Shown piece after piece: positions 17,277 through 25,312 of a DNA stretch of 64,000 bases; position 1 is the stretch's first letter, and the number at the start of each line of letters is the position of its first letter. Made by a program: the position numbers and the translations under genes. The DNA lies in the IMG/VR virus record IMGVR_UViG_3300029850_000008; one strand, written 5' to 3'. The notes below the pieces were generated by a model. That model was not told the origin of the DNA and did no database searches. It saw only the letters and a program-made list of their open reading frames with translations. This DNA comes from a virus.

Positions 17277-18278
17277 TTATGCGGTCTTGAGAATTTCGGA
17301 CGGATCAACCCGGAATAAGAAACCATGTAAGAATTTGCTATAATATGCGCCCCGCTCTTTCATGGCCTTATTTTCCGCAATGTATGCGTCACGGTCTAAT
17401 TTTTCAACTATCCGAACGATCCAGAGCGTGGAGCCGTCACGGGTATCTTCTCCACGGGTGATTTTGTAGGTGTAGCCGGTTTTCTGGGTGATCGCTTCCA
17501 GATCTTCTTTACTTTTGGCGCTTTCTGTTTTCACTTCGGATTTTTTGTTCTTGATTCGTGGCGTTTTCGGTACGATGTTAACAGATATACCGTTATTCTG
17601 GCAGCAACCGAAATAATAAAAATTGACGTCAAAATAGTCTATCATTCCGTCACAGTCGCTATAATTGTAGGAATGTACAAAAGCGTCCACATCTTCTACA
17701 ACGGCCTTAGTCACTTCGTTCATGACCTTGTAAAAGTCTCCATGTTCGGAAACAATCCGGTTGTATTCTGCCTTAAATTCCGTATCATTCCAGCAGCTAA
17801 GAGACCAGTAACCGTTGTGTTGTGCCTTCCGGAAGAATTCGCTTTTATCCTCATTGGTGAACTCATCAATGGTTTTATAGATCTCTATTGGGCTATCTTT
17901 CATTGTCACGTGTAACTCCTGGCACATGGAAGCGTATGAGGTTCTAACGCTGAATTTGTAAAGAGGGTATTTCTCTTTGATATATGCCCGGACTATCTGA
18001 GAAATCTCTTTCAGTGTCAAGCTACCATCATATCGGGATCCCTCCCAGCCGAACATAGTGTAGAACTGGCGGCGGGTGCTTTCTGCGGTTTCCTCTACTT
18101 TTTCGCCTGTCTCTTTTTCCTGGTGGTCTTTCCAGATGCGAAAAAGAGCGTCATACTCCACATTAATTTCTTTCATGGTTTCCAGATCTCCGCCGTTGTC
18201 TGGATGGTTCGCTTTTAACAGGCCCCGGTACTGATTTTTCAGATCATCATAAGATTTGATGTTTTTAAAATGTTTCAT
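17277..18278 (-). CDS. J-domain (DnaJ-like) protein with large unknown C-terminal region
   Basis: N-terminal YRGLLKANHPDNGGD with HPD tripeptide; 333 aa. Confidence 0.8.
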   Translation of the reverse strand: MKHFKNIKSYDDLKNQYRGLLKANHPDNGGDLETMKEINVEYDALFRIWKDHQEKETGEKVEETAESTRRQFYTMFGWEGSRYDGSLTLKEISQIVRAYIKEKYPLYKFSVRTSYASMCQELHVTMKDSPIEIYKTIDEFTNEDKSEFFRKAQHNGYWSLSCWNDTEFKAEYNRIVSEHGDFYKVMNEVTKAVVEDVDAFVHSYNYSDCDGMIDYFDVNFYYFGCCQNNGISVNIVPKTPRIKNKKSEVKTESAKSKEDLEAITQKTGYTYKITRGEDTRDGSTLWIVRIVEKLDRDAYIAENKAMKERGAYYSKFLHGFLFRVDPSEILKTA

Positions 18279-18331
18279 ATGTTTGTCCCCTTTCTGGTGA
18301 TGTGGTTTTCTTTATTTGATGGTTTTATTAT

Positions 18332-18473
18332 ATATTGAGTAATATATAAAGTCAATATAAATTGAGCAATATTATTCGAAATAGCAATTTGCACAAATGC
18401 CCACAATCATATTGAACAATATAAACAAAAAAATAATTCTTATATTGATAAATTGAATTGAGTATACTATAAT
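18332..18473 (+). promoter_or_regulatory. ATTGAGYAAT operator-like repeats plus consensus promoter
   Basis: Repeats at 18332, 18359, 18409, 18455; TTGATA 18445-50, 17-bp spacer, TATAAT 18468-73. Confidence 0.5.
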
Positions 18474-18496
18474 TAAGAAAAAAGGAGGTTGAACAA

Positions 18497-18706
18497 ATGG
18501 AATTATTAGAAGCAAAAAGAAAGTTAGAACAACGTTATAACAAACAAAATGAATATAATAAGAAGAATTACGACAGGGTTTCGGTGATGTTTCCGGCTGG
18601 ATATCGTGACAAAGTGAGAGAGATTGCAAGTGGAGAAGGGAAAAGCCTAAACGCTTATATACTTGAGGCTGTGCAAGAAAAGATGGAAAAATTGAGTAAT
18701 TTATAA
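18497..18706 (+). CDS. ribbon-helix-helix protein
   Basis: 69 aa; YDRVSVMFPAGYRDKVREIASGEGKSLNAYILEAV fits an RHH pattern. Confidence 0.6.
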   Translation: MELLEAKRKLEQRYNKQNEYNKKNYDRVSVMFPAGYRDKVREIASGEGKSLNAYILEAVQEKMEKLSNL

Positions 18707-18713
18707 AAAACTA

Positions 18714-18742
18714 TTGACAAAATATATTGAGTAATATATAAT
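18714..18742 (+). promoter_or_regulatory. consensus sigma-70-type promoter overlapping an ATTGAGTAAT repeat
   Basis: TTGACA 18714-19, 17-bp spacer, TATAAT 18737-42. Confidence 0.6.
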
Positions 18743-18788
18743 AATATTGTCGAAAGGCAATAGGGCGAAAGCCCAGAAAGGGGGACGC

Positions 18789-18941
18789 ATGGAAGATATG
18801 CGTGAATTCGTTTCATATTGCCGGAAACTTCTTAGGGTTCTTGAGAAGATCGAAAAACTTCTTGAATCCGGGAAGATCGGCGAGGCTCTGGAGCTGGTTA
18901 GAGAGCTGAAAGAGGATACACAAAAGGACATTGAAGCCTAG
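18789..18941 (+). CDS. small helical hypothetical protein
   Basis: SD AAAGGGGG then ATG 18789 inside track ORF 18747..18941. Confidence 0.5.
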   Translation: MEDMREFVSYCRKLLRVLEKIEKLLESGKIGEALELVRELKEDTQKDIEA

Positions 18942-18999
18942 TGTTCCAGACCAGAGGGCGGCGAATAACCGCCCTGTAAAAAAACAGGAGGAGAAGAAA

Positions 19000-19251
19000 A
19001 TGAAGACTTGGGCACTTTATGACGGTGAGTTTATCGAAAATGTTGGTACTGTGGACGCCGAGAGTAAGGAAGACGCATTGTTAAGCATGTGCGAGATGCT
19101 CAATAATGACAGCGAGGTTTATAATTATGTTATTACTGGTGAAGAGATTTACCAGTATGAAGGTGAGGTTCATGATGGTGATGAGCCTGTTAGAGTATAT
19201 GATGTAGAAGAAGAGGAAGTTATTGATCGGAAATATGCGGAGGTAGAATAA
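19000..19251 (+). CDS. acidic hypothetical protein
   Basis: SD CAGGAGGAG then ATG 19000 inside track ORF 18931..19251. Confidence 0.55.
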   Translation: MKTWALYDGEFIENVGTVDAESKEDALLSMCEMLNNDSEVYNYVITGEEIYQYEGEVHDGDEPVRVYDVEEEEVIDRKYAEVE

Positions 19252-19454
19252 TGAAAAGAAAAATTTACGGAGTATCAAGCAAATACGATTTTGGAGCATG
19301 GAGTCATAAAGTATATGTTTTCAGTGACAGAGATTCTGCTGAAAAATGGCTAAACACGGAAGAACGTGACTTCCGTGAAAGAGAGCTTATGTCCAAAATA
19401 GCAGCAATTAAGCTTGCTGGAAGAAAAGCTATTGAAAATGCAGAAAAAATTTAA
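19251..19454 (+). CDS. hypothetical protein
   Basis: Track ORF; start overlaps upstream stop (TAATG). Confidence 0.55.
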   Translation: MKRKIYGVSSKYDFGAWSHKVYVFSDRDSAEKWLNTEERDFRERELMSKIAAIKLAGRKAIENAEKI

Positions 19455-19509
19455 GGCCAACATGGGTGGGCGGGCAACCGCCCAACATGAAACCAGGAGG
19501 AAGCAAAAC

Positions 19510-19632
19510 ATGAGCAAAATTGATAACATGAGAGCCGCAATGGTTCTTTTTTTGTTAGATATAATGCTATTATTTAAACCCGTGTCTGACTGGTTTGCTG
19601 GCAGCTCCATATATACAGCATCATGTATATAG
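19510..19632 (+). CDS. small hydrophobic peptide (40 aa)
   Basis: SD AGGAGG 19494-99 then ATG 19510; MSKIDNMRAAMVLFLLDIMLLF. Confidence 0.35.
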   Translation: MSKIDNMRAAMVLFLLDIMLLFKPVSDWFAGSSIYTASCI

Positions 19633-19745
19633 ACAAAATTATGATAAACCATGTTTTCGGGTATTACAATATGATTTTGTTTTTTATTTTGGCGCTTTAT
19701 GTTATGCATGATATTTTTACCATTTAAACGATTTTAAAGGCAAAT

Positions 19746-20060
19746 TGGCACGATTTTTATTTTGTGTGCAAATGATTAAAGATAATAGCAAGGCCCGGAA
19801 TCGTGATCTATGGATTCCAGAAAAGAAAGGTTACCCGGTGTTTTGCGATCTCGCAAAATATACAAGCGTTTTAAACGTCGATTTTTGATTTTTGGTGTAT
19901 ACATGAGGATTTTACCGCGAGAGTTATTTTGACAGGAATTTGACACGATTTTTATTTATCTGCTATAGGATTCCAGAAAAAGAAGTTGTTGTTATGTGCG
20001 TTTGCTTTCACCGGATCGGAACACGGCCACAAAAGAGCCGGAATGATTCCAGAAGAAAAA
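19746..20060. repeat. iteron-like repeat cluster
   Basis: CACGATTTTTATTT x2 (19749, 19943) plus CGATTTTTGATT; CCGGAAT..GATTCCAGAAAAGAA x3 (19794-19826, 19968, 20037); palindrome TGCGATCTCGCA 19843. Confidence 0.45.
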
Positions 20061-20106
20061 AACTGATCCACTTACTGCTGATCTGGAAGAAGCGGAGCAG
20101 ATGCCC

Positions 20107-20275
20107 CGAAAATCACCCCTTCTTCTTTCCCTAACTTCTCTTCCTTTCTTCTTTTCCCCTCATACTCCCCTTATTATCTATCTATTACTTTATACCCTTA
20201 TAACAACCCCATAATATATAATATATATAATAACACTATATATATAAATAACGTATATTTTTATATATACCGTGG
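20107..20275. other. ~100-bp polypyrimidine tract followed by a TA-rich tract (unwinding-element-like)
   Basis: CT-only runs 20107-20200, then ATAATATATAATATATATAATAACACTATATATATAAATA. Confidence 0.4.
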
Positions 20276-20547
20276 ATATACCACAAAAAAGAAAGAAAAA
20301 AAGGACCACCTACTCGTAACTTTTTATGAGCGTAGCGAATAAAAAGGCTAACGGTTTTAGGTAAATATAAAAAATACAGTATACTCGTAAGCCAAGAAAG
20401 AGTATTATATATAATGGTTTTAGGTATATGATTATAATTATGCTATTCGTTAGCCAAAGAGTAAATATATAAACAAATACAATAGTTTATGGAATACATA
20501 TATACTATTCCATTAATAATTAGAATATTCTGAAAATTAATACCATG

Positions 20548-20576
20548 TTGACAAATTAAAAAAATTAGAGTAATAT
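20548..20576 (+). promoter_or_regulatory. sigma-70-type promoter upstream of terS leader
   Basis: TTGACA 20548-53, 17-bp spacer, TAATAT 20571-76. Confidence 0.55.
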
Positions 20577-20612
20577 ATCCATACAACGTGTATAAAGAAA
20601 TGCTTTTCACTG

Positions 20613-20695
20613 GAAGATGATAAATAAGAGAGATAAAGGGCTTTTGTGTGCCCATGTAACACTCTTTATTTTCATCTTCTTTTTTTATTTTTTAG
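20613..20695 (+). terminator. leader terminator upstream of terS
   Basis: Long imperfect stem GAAGATGATAAATAAGAGAG / CTCTTTATTTTCATCTTC followed by T7-A-T6. Confidence 0.65.
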
Positions 20696-20737
20696 ATTCC
20701 TGGATCGGATGATCCGGAGAGAGGAGAACCCAAAACG

Positions 20738-21415
20738 ATGATTGACAAGAGCGAGTTGAAAGAAACCACGGAAACCGGGATAGAAGTATATTTATCCGAA
20801 GTACACGCATGCCTAGCACAGTACATGGAGGACCGGGGAATTGAGGACATGGAAAAAGAAAGCCAAAATAAATGGTCGGCTGCCATGAGATATGTTGGGC
20901 AGCACGTTTTTAAGGGGACGCAGAAGTTAAAAGAAAAGCCTACGATTGTTCGAGAAGGGTTTTCGGGCGTGACCAATGACAACGCTTACGATTTGGATAA
21001 GGTAAACGCTCTGGTTGATTATTATGTTAGCCTTTGTTATGAGTATGACAAAGAGGTTTCTATGAATGGGTTTTCTTTTATCTCTGGGATTCCACCAGAA
21101 ATCTTGACAGTTTGGAGTGGGGTGTATACAGATGGATATGGAAATATTCGGAAAACTGGAGAAGCGGGATTAAGAATTATCAGAAAACTTAAGTCAAACA
21201 ATGAGGAAAGTTTGTCTGGAATGCTAATAAGTGGAGGGAAGCGGTCGCCTGTCGGAATCCTTGGAGCATTGAACCGTAAACACGGCTGGAACATGGGCCA
21301 GCCGATCGAGATTCAGAGAAACGGACTCCCGAACAGGACAGCGGCAGATATAGCGGAAGAACATAGAATAGCATCTACAGAGGTTCCGGAGCTGCCAGAT
21401 TTAGATGAGAATTAA
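20738..21415 (+). CDS. terS: terminase small subunit
   Basis: GFSFISGIPPEILTVWSG HTH-like segment and C-terminal GILGALNRKHGWN resemble the Terminase_2 pattern; first gene after the non-coding region. Confidence 0.7.
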   Translation: MIDKSELKETTETGIEVYLSEVHACLAQYMEDRGIEDMEKESQNKWSAAMRYVGQHVFKGTQKLKEKPTIVREGFSGVTNDNAYDLDKVNALVDYYVSLCYEYDKEVSMNGFSFISGIPPEILTVWSGVYTDGYGNIRKTGEAGLRIIRKLKSNNEESLSGMLISGGKRSPVGILGALNRKHGWNMGQPIEIQRNGLPNRTAADIAEEHRIASTEVPELPDLDEN

Positions 21416-21557
21416 CAGATAATTAATACACACATAGAAACAAAACAAACAATTTAATCATTCATATACATCTTGCACAATAAATACATATCTTTCTTAT
21501 GTACTATGAACAAAGAACTATTCGTGAAACAATTCTTTATCGAATAGTTTAGAAGTA

Positions 21558-21693
21558 AGAGGATCACAAGGAGCCATCTGGAATCCTAAACGGTTTCAGC
21601 CATTGGAAGCACTGCGGAGTCTGGAAAACTCACGGTTTGGCGCATGGGGGGTAGGGGTCTAAACGGCCCGCCCGATACCGCCTAGTGACCTCT
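21558..21693. ncRNA. candidate structured RNA domain (GC-rich island), strand undetermined
   Basis: 9-bp closing helix AGAGG(a)TCAC 21558-67 / GTGACCTCT 21685-93 encloses ~115 GC-rich nt with ACGGTTT repeats. Confidence 0.3.
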
Positions 21694-21809
21694 CCAAATT
21701 TCCAAAAAATAAAAAAGCCCGATAGTGATTGCAATATGACAAGCCGTGAGCCTTGACGGTTTCTCTGCCATAACAATCAAGGCAAATATCAGAAAGACAG
21801 GTATAAAAA

Positions 21810-22571
21810 ATGAACGAGATGATGATTTTCAATAATCCAGAATTTGGTAAAATACGAATGGTGCTTGTTTCTGGGAAAGAATATTTTTACGGAAGTGATG
21901 TTGCAACGGCTTTAAAGTATGAGCGACCAAGCAAAGCAGTTAGCGATCATTGCAAAGGTGTCCTAACTTTGGACAGCATAAAGAACGATGGCGGTTATCC
22001 GGAAAAGCTGATTCCAGAAGGAGATATGTACCGTTTAATAGTAAAGGCATCTACGCAGGGTACAAGTGAACAGGTGAAGAAAGCAGCGGATAGATTTGAG
22101 AGATGGATATTCGATGAGGTTCTTCCAGAAATCCGTAAGACCGGAAAATACGAAATCAATCAGAAACAAGATTCCTACCAGATCGAAGATCCAATAGAAC
22201 GTGCTAAGCGTTGGATTGAGGAGCAGGAAGAAAAGAAACTTCTGGAAGAGAAAGTGAAAGAGCAGGAGCCAAAGGCCAGATATTTTGATAATCTTGTGGA
22301 TAGTAAGCTTCTGACAACGTTTAGAGATACGGCCAAGGAATTTCATATTTCTCCAAGAGAATTGACCAAGTGGTTAACGGATAATGGCTATATTTACAGA
22401 GATAGACATAAAATCATCAAGCCATATGAACAACATAGAAAATCTGGGTTGTTCCAAATGAAAGACTTCTCAACACCATATGGATATTCAAACGTCCAGA
22501 CTTACATCACGGTCAAAGGGAAAGAGACATTCCGATTGTTGATGGAAAGTCAGGGCATCATAAGACAATAA
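21810..22571 (+). CDS. Bro-N / KilAC-type antirepressor
   Basis: N-terminal MIFNNPEFGKIRMV ... FERWIFDEVLPEIRKTGKY; C-terminal ARYFDNLVDSKLLTTFRDTAKEF KilAC-like. Confidence 0.8.
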   Translation: MNEMMIFNNPEFGKIRMVLVSGKEYFYGSDVATALKYERPSKAVSDHCKGVLTLDSIKNDGGYPEKLIPEGDMYRLIVKASTQGTSEQVKKAADRFERWIFDEVLPEIRKTGKYEINQKQDSYQIEDPIERAKRWIEEQEEKKLLEEKVKEQEPKARYFDNLVDSKLLTTFRDTAKEFHISPRELTKWLTDNGYIYRDRHKIIKPYEQHRKSGLFQMKDFSTPYGYSNVQTYITVKGKETFRLLMESQGIIRQ

Positions 22572-22678
22572 AAATCATTTTCACATCAGATAATCAGTAT
22601 TTCAAAATTTTCCAAAAACAAAAAAATTAATCCATAGGGAGGCACTCATGCAATATTGTATGTAGGAGTGTAATTGAT

Positions 22679-22855
22679 ATGAATAAGGTAATGTGCTTTT
22701 TAACTGGTGGGCATAAATTCAAAAGTTCTGATACAGAATCAAAATGTAATGACAAAGAAAAGACTTGTACCATTACGGAAACTTGCTGTAAATGTGGAAA
22801 ACAGTTCTCATTTACAGGTACATACAAACAGTTTGGCATTCCAGATGTGAGGTAA
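22679..22855 (+). CDS. small Cys-rich protein (58 aa)
   Basis: SD AGGAG 22664-68 then ATG 22679, TAA 22853-55; below track length cutoff. Confidence 0.4.
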   Translation: MNKVMCFLTGGHKFKSSDTESKCNDKEKTCTITETCCKCGKQFSFTGTYKQFGIPDVR

Positions 22856-22860
22856 AAATA

Positions 22861-23175
22861 ATGAAAAAGTTATTTATTTCTCAGCCCATGAGGGGCAAGA
22901 CAGACGAAGAAATTCTTGCAACAAGAGAGAAAGCTATTGCAAAAGCGAAAGAGTTAGTTGGAGAACCTGTAGAGGCGCTTGAGACGTTTTTCCAGAGTGC
23001 TCCGGCAAATGCAAAACCACTGTGGTATCTTGGCGAATCCATCAAGTATCTGGGCGATGCCGATGTTGCCTTTTTCGCCAAAGGCTGGGAAGATGCGCGC
23101 GGATGCCGCATTGAGCACGAGTGTGCGAAAGAATATAATGTTGATCGCATCGAAGAGACAGAGGAGGAAATATGA
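22861..23175 (+). CDS. DUF4406-like (nucleoside 2-deoxyribosyltransferase-fold) protein
   Basis: FISQPMRGKTDEE and ADVAFFAKGWEDARGCRIEHECA match the DUF4406 pattern; ATG 22861. Confidence 0.55.
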   Translation: MKKLFISQPMRGKTDEEILATREKAIAKAKELVGEPVEALETFFQSAPANAKPLWYLGESIKYLGDADVAFFAKGWEDARGCRIEHECAKEYNVDRIEETEEEI

Positions 23176-23507
23176 CAGGATCAGAATATCAAAAATTAGC
23201 AATGCGGACATGCAGTATTCCGTATGATAGAAAAGAGGATATGGCCAGACACGCTATTTTCGGGCTGACATCTGAAGCGGGAGAAGTGGCTGGAATCATG
23301 CAGAAACAGTACCAGGGTCATGAGATTTGTGTGGATCACATGAGAAAAGAAGTTGGTGACTGTCTTTGGATGTTAGCTGAGATTTGCCAGGCATTCGGAT
23401 TTTCCATGGACGATGCTATGGAAACCAATATTGAGAAATTAAAGGCCCGGTATCCAGATGGCTTTTCAGCAGAAAAATCTTTGCACCGGAAAGCAGGTGA
23501 CATTTGA
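23172..23507 (+). CDS. MazG-like nucleotide pyrophosphohydrolase
   Basis: LTSEAGEVAG and EVGDCLWMLAEIC acidic helix motifs, NIEKLKARYP tail. Confidence 0.8.
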   Translation: MTGSEYQKLAMRTCSIPYDRKEDMARHAIFGLTSEAGEVAGIMQKQYQGHEICVDHMRKEVGDCLWMLAEICQAFGFSMDDAMETNIEKLKARYPDGFSAEKSLHRKAGDI

Positions 23508-23755
23508 TGGAGAAGTTGCTCAAGGATTTGAAACTGGAATCGGAGATGATTAATCATCCAAACCATTATACAAACCACCAGCATGAGTGTATTGACGAAA
23601 TGATAGCAGCATTTGGGAAACGTGCTGTTATTAATTTCTGCATCTGTAACGCATGGAAATATCGTTATCGGGCTGATAGTAAAGGGCAACATGATATGGA
23701 CATGGAAAAGGCTGATTGGTACATCAATAAGGCAATGGAACTTCAAGAATCTTAG
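23507..23755 (+). CDS. DUF3310-family protein
   Basis: HPNHYT..ECID..F..CNAWKYRYR...KADWYI pattern; TGATG overlap with mazG-like stop. Confidence 0.7.
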   Translation: MEKLLKDLKLESEMINHPNHYTNHQHECIDEMIAAFGKRAVINFCICNAWKYRYRADSKGQHDMDMEKADWYINKAMELQES

Positions 23756-23772
23756 GCGGGGAGGTAAAAAGA

Positions 23773-23904
23773 ATGATTCCTAATCTTATTATTTTATACA
23801 TGCTTTGCCAGATGCAATCACCGGAGTGGTGCAAGATAGTAATTATTGCCTGCACAGTTCTTGATGTGGCTATCAGTGTATATAAACTTTGTACATCTAA
23901 ATAG
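23773..23904 (+). CDS. small membrane peptide (43 aa)
   Basis: SD GGGGAGG then ATG 23773, TAG 23902-04; hydrophobic. Confidence 0.35.
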   Translation: MIPNLIILYMLCQMQSPEWCKIVIIACTVLDVAISVYKLCTSK

Positions 23905-23914
23905 AGGTGAGAAC

Positions 23915-24805
23915 ATGATAAAAATTGAAAATATTACGCCGCCTTCTACTGATCAGTGGGGAATGGCGATTTTAGGTGCAAGAAACCCCATGAATAGTTG
24001 GAATAAAAGCGATAGCCAAGTTGTACAATGGCACATGCTGGAAATCGGGGAGAATGATTTAGGACTTATGAAGAGACTTGTTGCAGCCGGAACAGATCAT
24101 TCAAAATTTCTTAGATTCTTGCCAGTTGTTATGGACATTACAGCACCGTTGTATTGGTGGTCTGAGTATGATACTTATAAGGTTGGAACAGTTGCTAACT
24201 CTTGTTCAAAAATGCATAAGATCCATACCAAAGAATTTTCCATGAACGATTTTTCAACAGAACATTTGATTTCTTATGAATCATCTAAACCTTATAGCGA
24301 AATAGACGGAAGCCTTGATGATGAGTATACATATTATTTGCCAAAGGATTTCTTGGATTGTTGGATTATTCCGATATTGAATAAATATAGAAAAAAATAT
24401 CTTGAAACCAAGGACAAAACGTATTGGTGGCAGATGATTCAGCTTCTTCCGTCTAGCTACAACCAGAAGCGAACAGTTATGCTAAACTATGCGGTACTTC
24501 GGAATATGTACCACGCAAGAAAAAATCATAAGCTGGATGAATGGAGAGATTTCTGCGAGTGGATTAAAGTGCTTCCATATAGCGAATTGATCACTATGGA
24601 ATCTGGCAATCAGAATAGCAAACCTATTTCTGTAGAAGATGCCATGAAAACCATTAGAAACGAATTGGTAAAGCATGGAAATTTATACGATGGATTCCAG
24701 ACAAGTGTAATATCTGCAATCTTTGAGAATTCAGACATTACCGATTCAGAAAATGCAGTTTTGCTTGCTAAAACAATTCTTGACCGAGTGATAGGAGATG
24801 ATTAA
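23915..24805 (+). CDS. divergent ThyX-fold (flavin-dependent thymidylate synthase-like) protein
   Basis: HSKFLRFLPVVMDITAPLYWW..Y and LLPSSYNQKRTVMLNYAVLRNMYHAR resemble ThyX blocks, but RHR..S..SxRY is not recognisable. Confidence 0.6.
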   Translation: MIKIENITPPSTDQWGMAILGARNPMNSWNKSDSQVVQWHMLEIGENDLGLMKRLVAAGTDHSKFLRFLPVVMDITAPLYWWSEYDTYKVGTVANSCSKMHKIHTKEFSMNDFSTEHLISYESSKPYSEIDGSLDDEYTYYLPKDFLDCWIIPILNKYRKKYLETKDKTYWWQMIQLLPSSYNQKRTVMLNYAVLRNMYHARKNHKLDEWRDFCEWIKVLPYSELITMESGNQNSKPISVEDAMKTIRNELVKHGNLYDGFQTSVISAIFENSDITDSENAVLLAKTILDRVIGDD

Positions 24806-24970
24806 ATGTTTAGATTATTTGCAATGTGTGTATCAGCATTTGATATAATGCTTGCCATAGCGATTTTCCTAACGTGGAGAAACATTGAAAAAGATAAATC
24901 AAGTAATTTAGCTGTAGCATCTCTCGAATTATCATTTTTAGCATCTGCAATCCTCTTGATTTTTTCATAG
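24806..24970 (+). CDS. small membrane peptide (54 aa)
   Basis: ATG 24806 immediately follows upstream stop (TAAATG); two hydrophobic segments; TAG 24968-70. Confidence 0.35.
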   Translation: MFRLFAMCVSAFDIMLAIAIFLTWRNIEKDKSSNLAVASLELSFLASAILLIFS

Positions 24971-24978
24971 ATGCTTTA

Positions 24979-25050
24979 TGGGCTATCGCCAAGCGGTAAG
25001 GCACATGACTTTGACTCATGTATGCGTTGGTTCGAATCCAACTAGCCCAG
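24979..25050 (+). tRNA. tRNA-Gln (anticodon UUG)
   Basis: Acceptor TGGGCTA/TAGCCCA, anticodon arm CATGA-CTTTGAC-TCATG, T arm GTTGG-TTCGAAT-CCAAC. Confidence 0.85.
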
Positions 25051-25312
25051 CTTGGTAAGATTTATTTACCTTACCAAAATAGCATATCATTTATGCTATT
25101 CCTCCTCATTCATATTACCACCTAGCGGAAAGCTGATAAAAGAACCGTCACAAGGTTCGGGTGGTTTTCTGGTTTGGAAGCCAGGACATGTGCAAAGTTC
25201 CGAACTGTTTACCACATCATAGGGATGTTTGCATGGCCTTTGTTATGGCTGGTGGATAAGAACCATAACAGTGAAGGGGATTTCTTGCAGAATTCAAATC
25301 CCCTTTATCTCA

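Noticed and set aside
19940-20655. Track ORFs 19940..20134 (+) and 20443..20655 (-) in the non-coding region
   Set aside because: They have no SD, their translations are low-complexity or AT-driven, and they overlap iteron-like repeats and promoter elements.
25118-25164. Third tRNA between tRNA-Gln and tRNA-Met
   Set aside because: A 5-bp stem with a 7-nt loop and a closing helix exist, but there is no T arm and no proper acceptor or D geometry.
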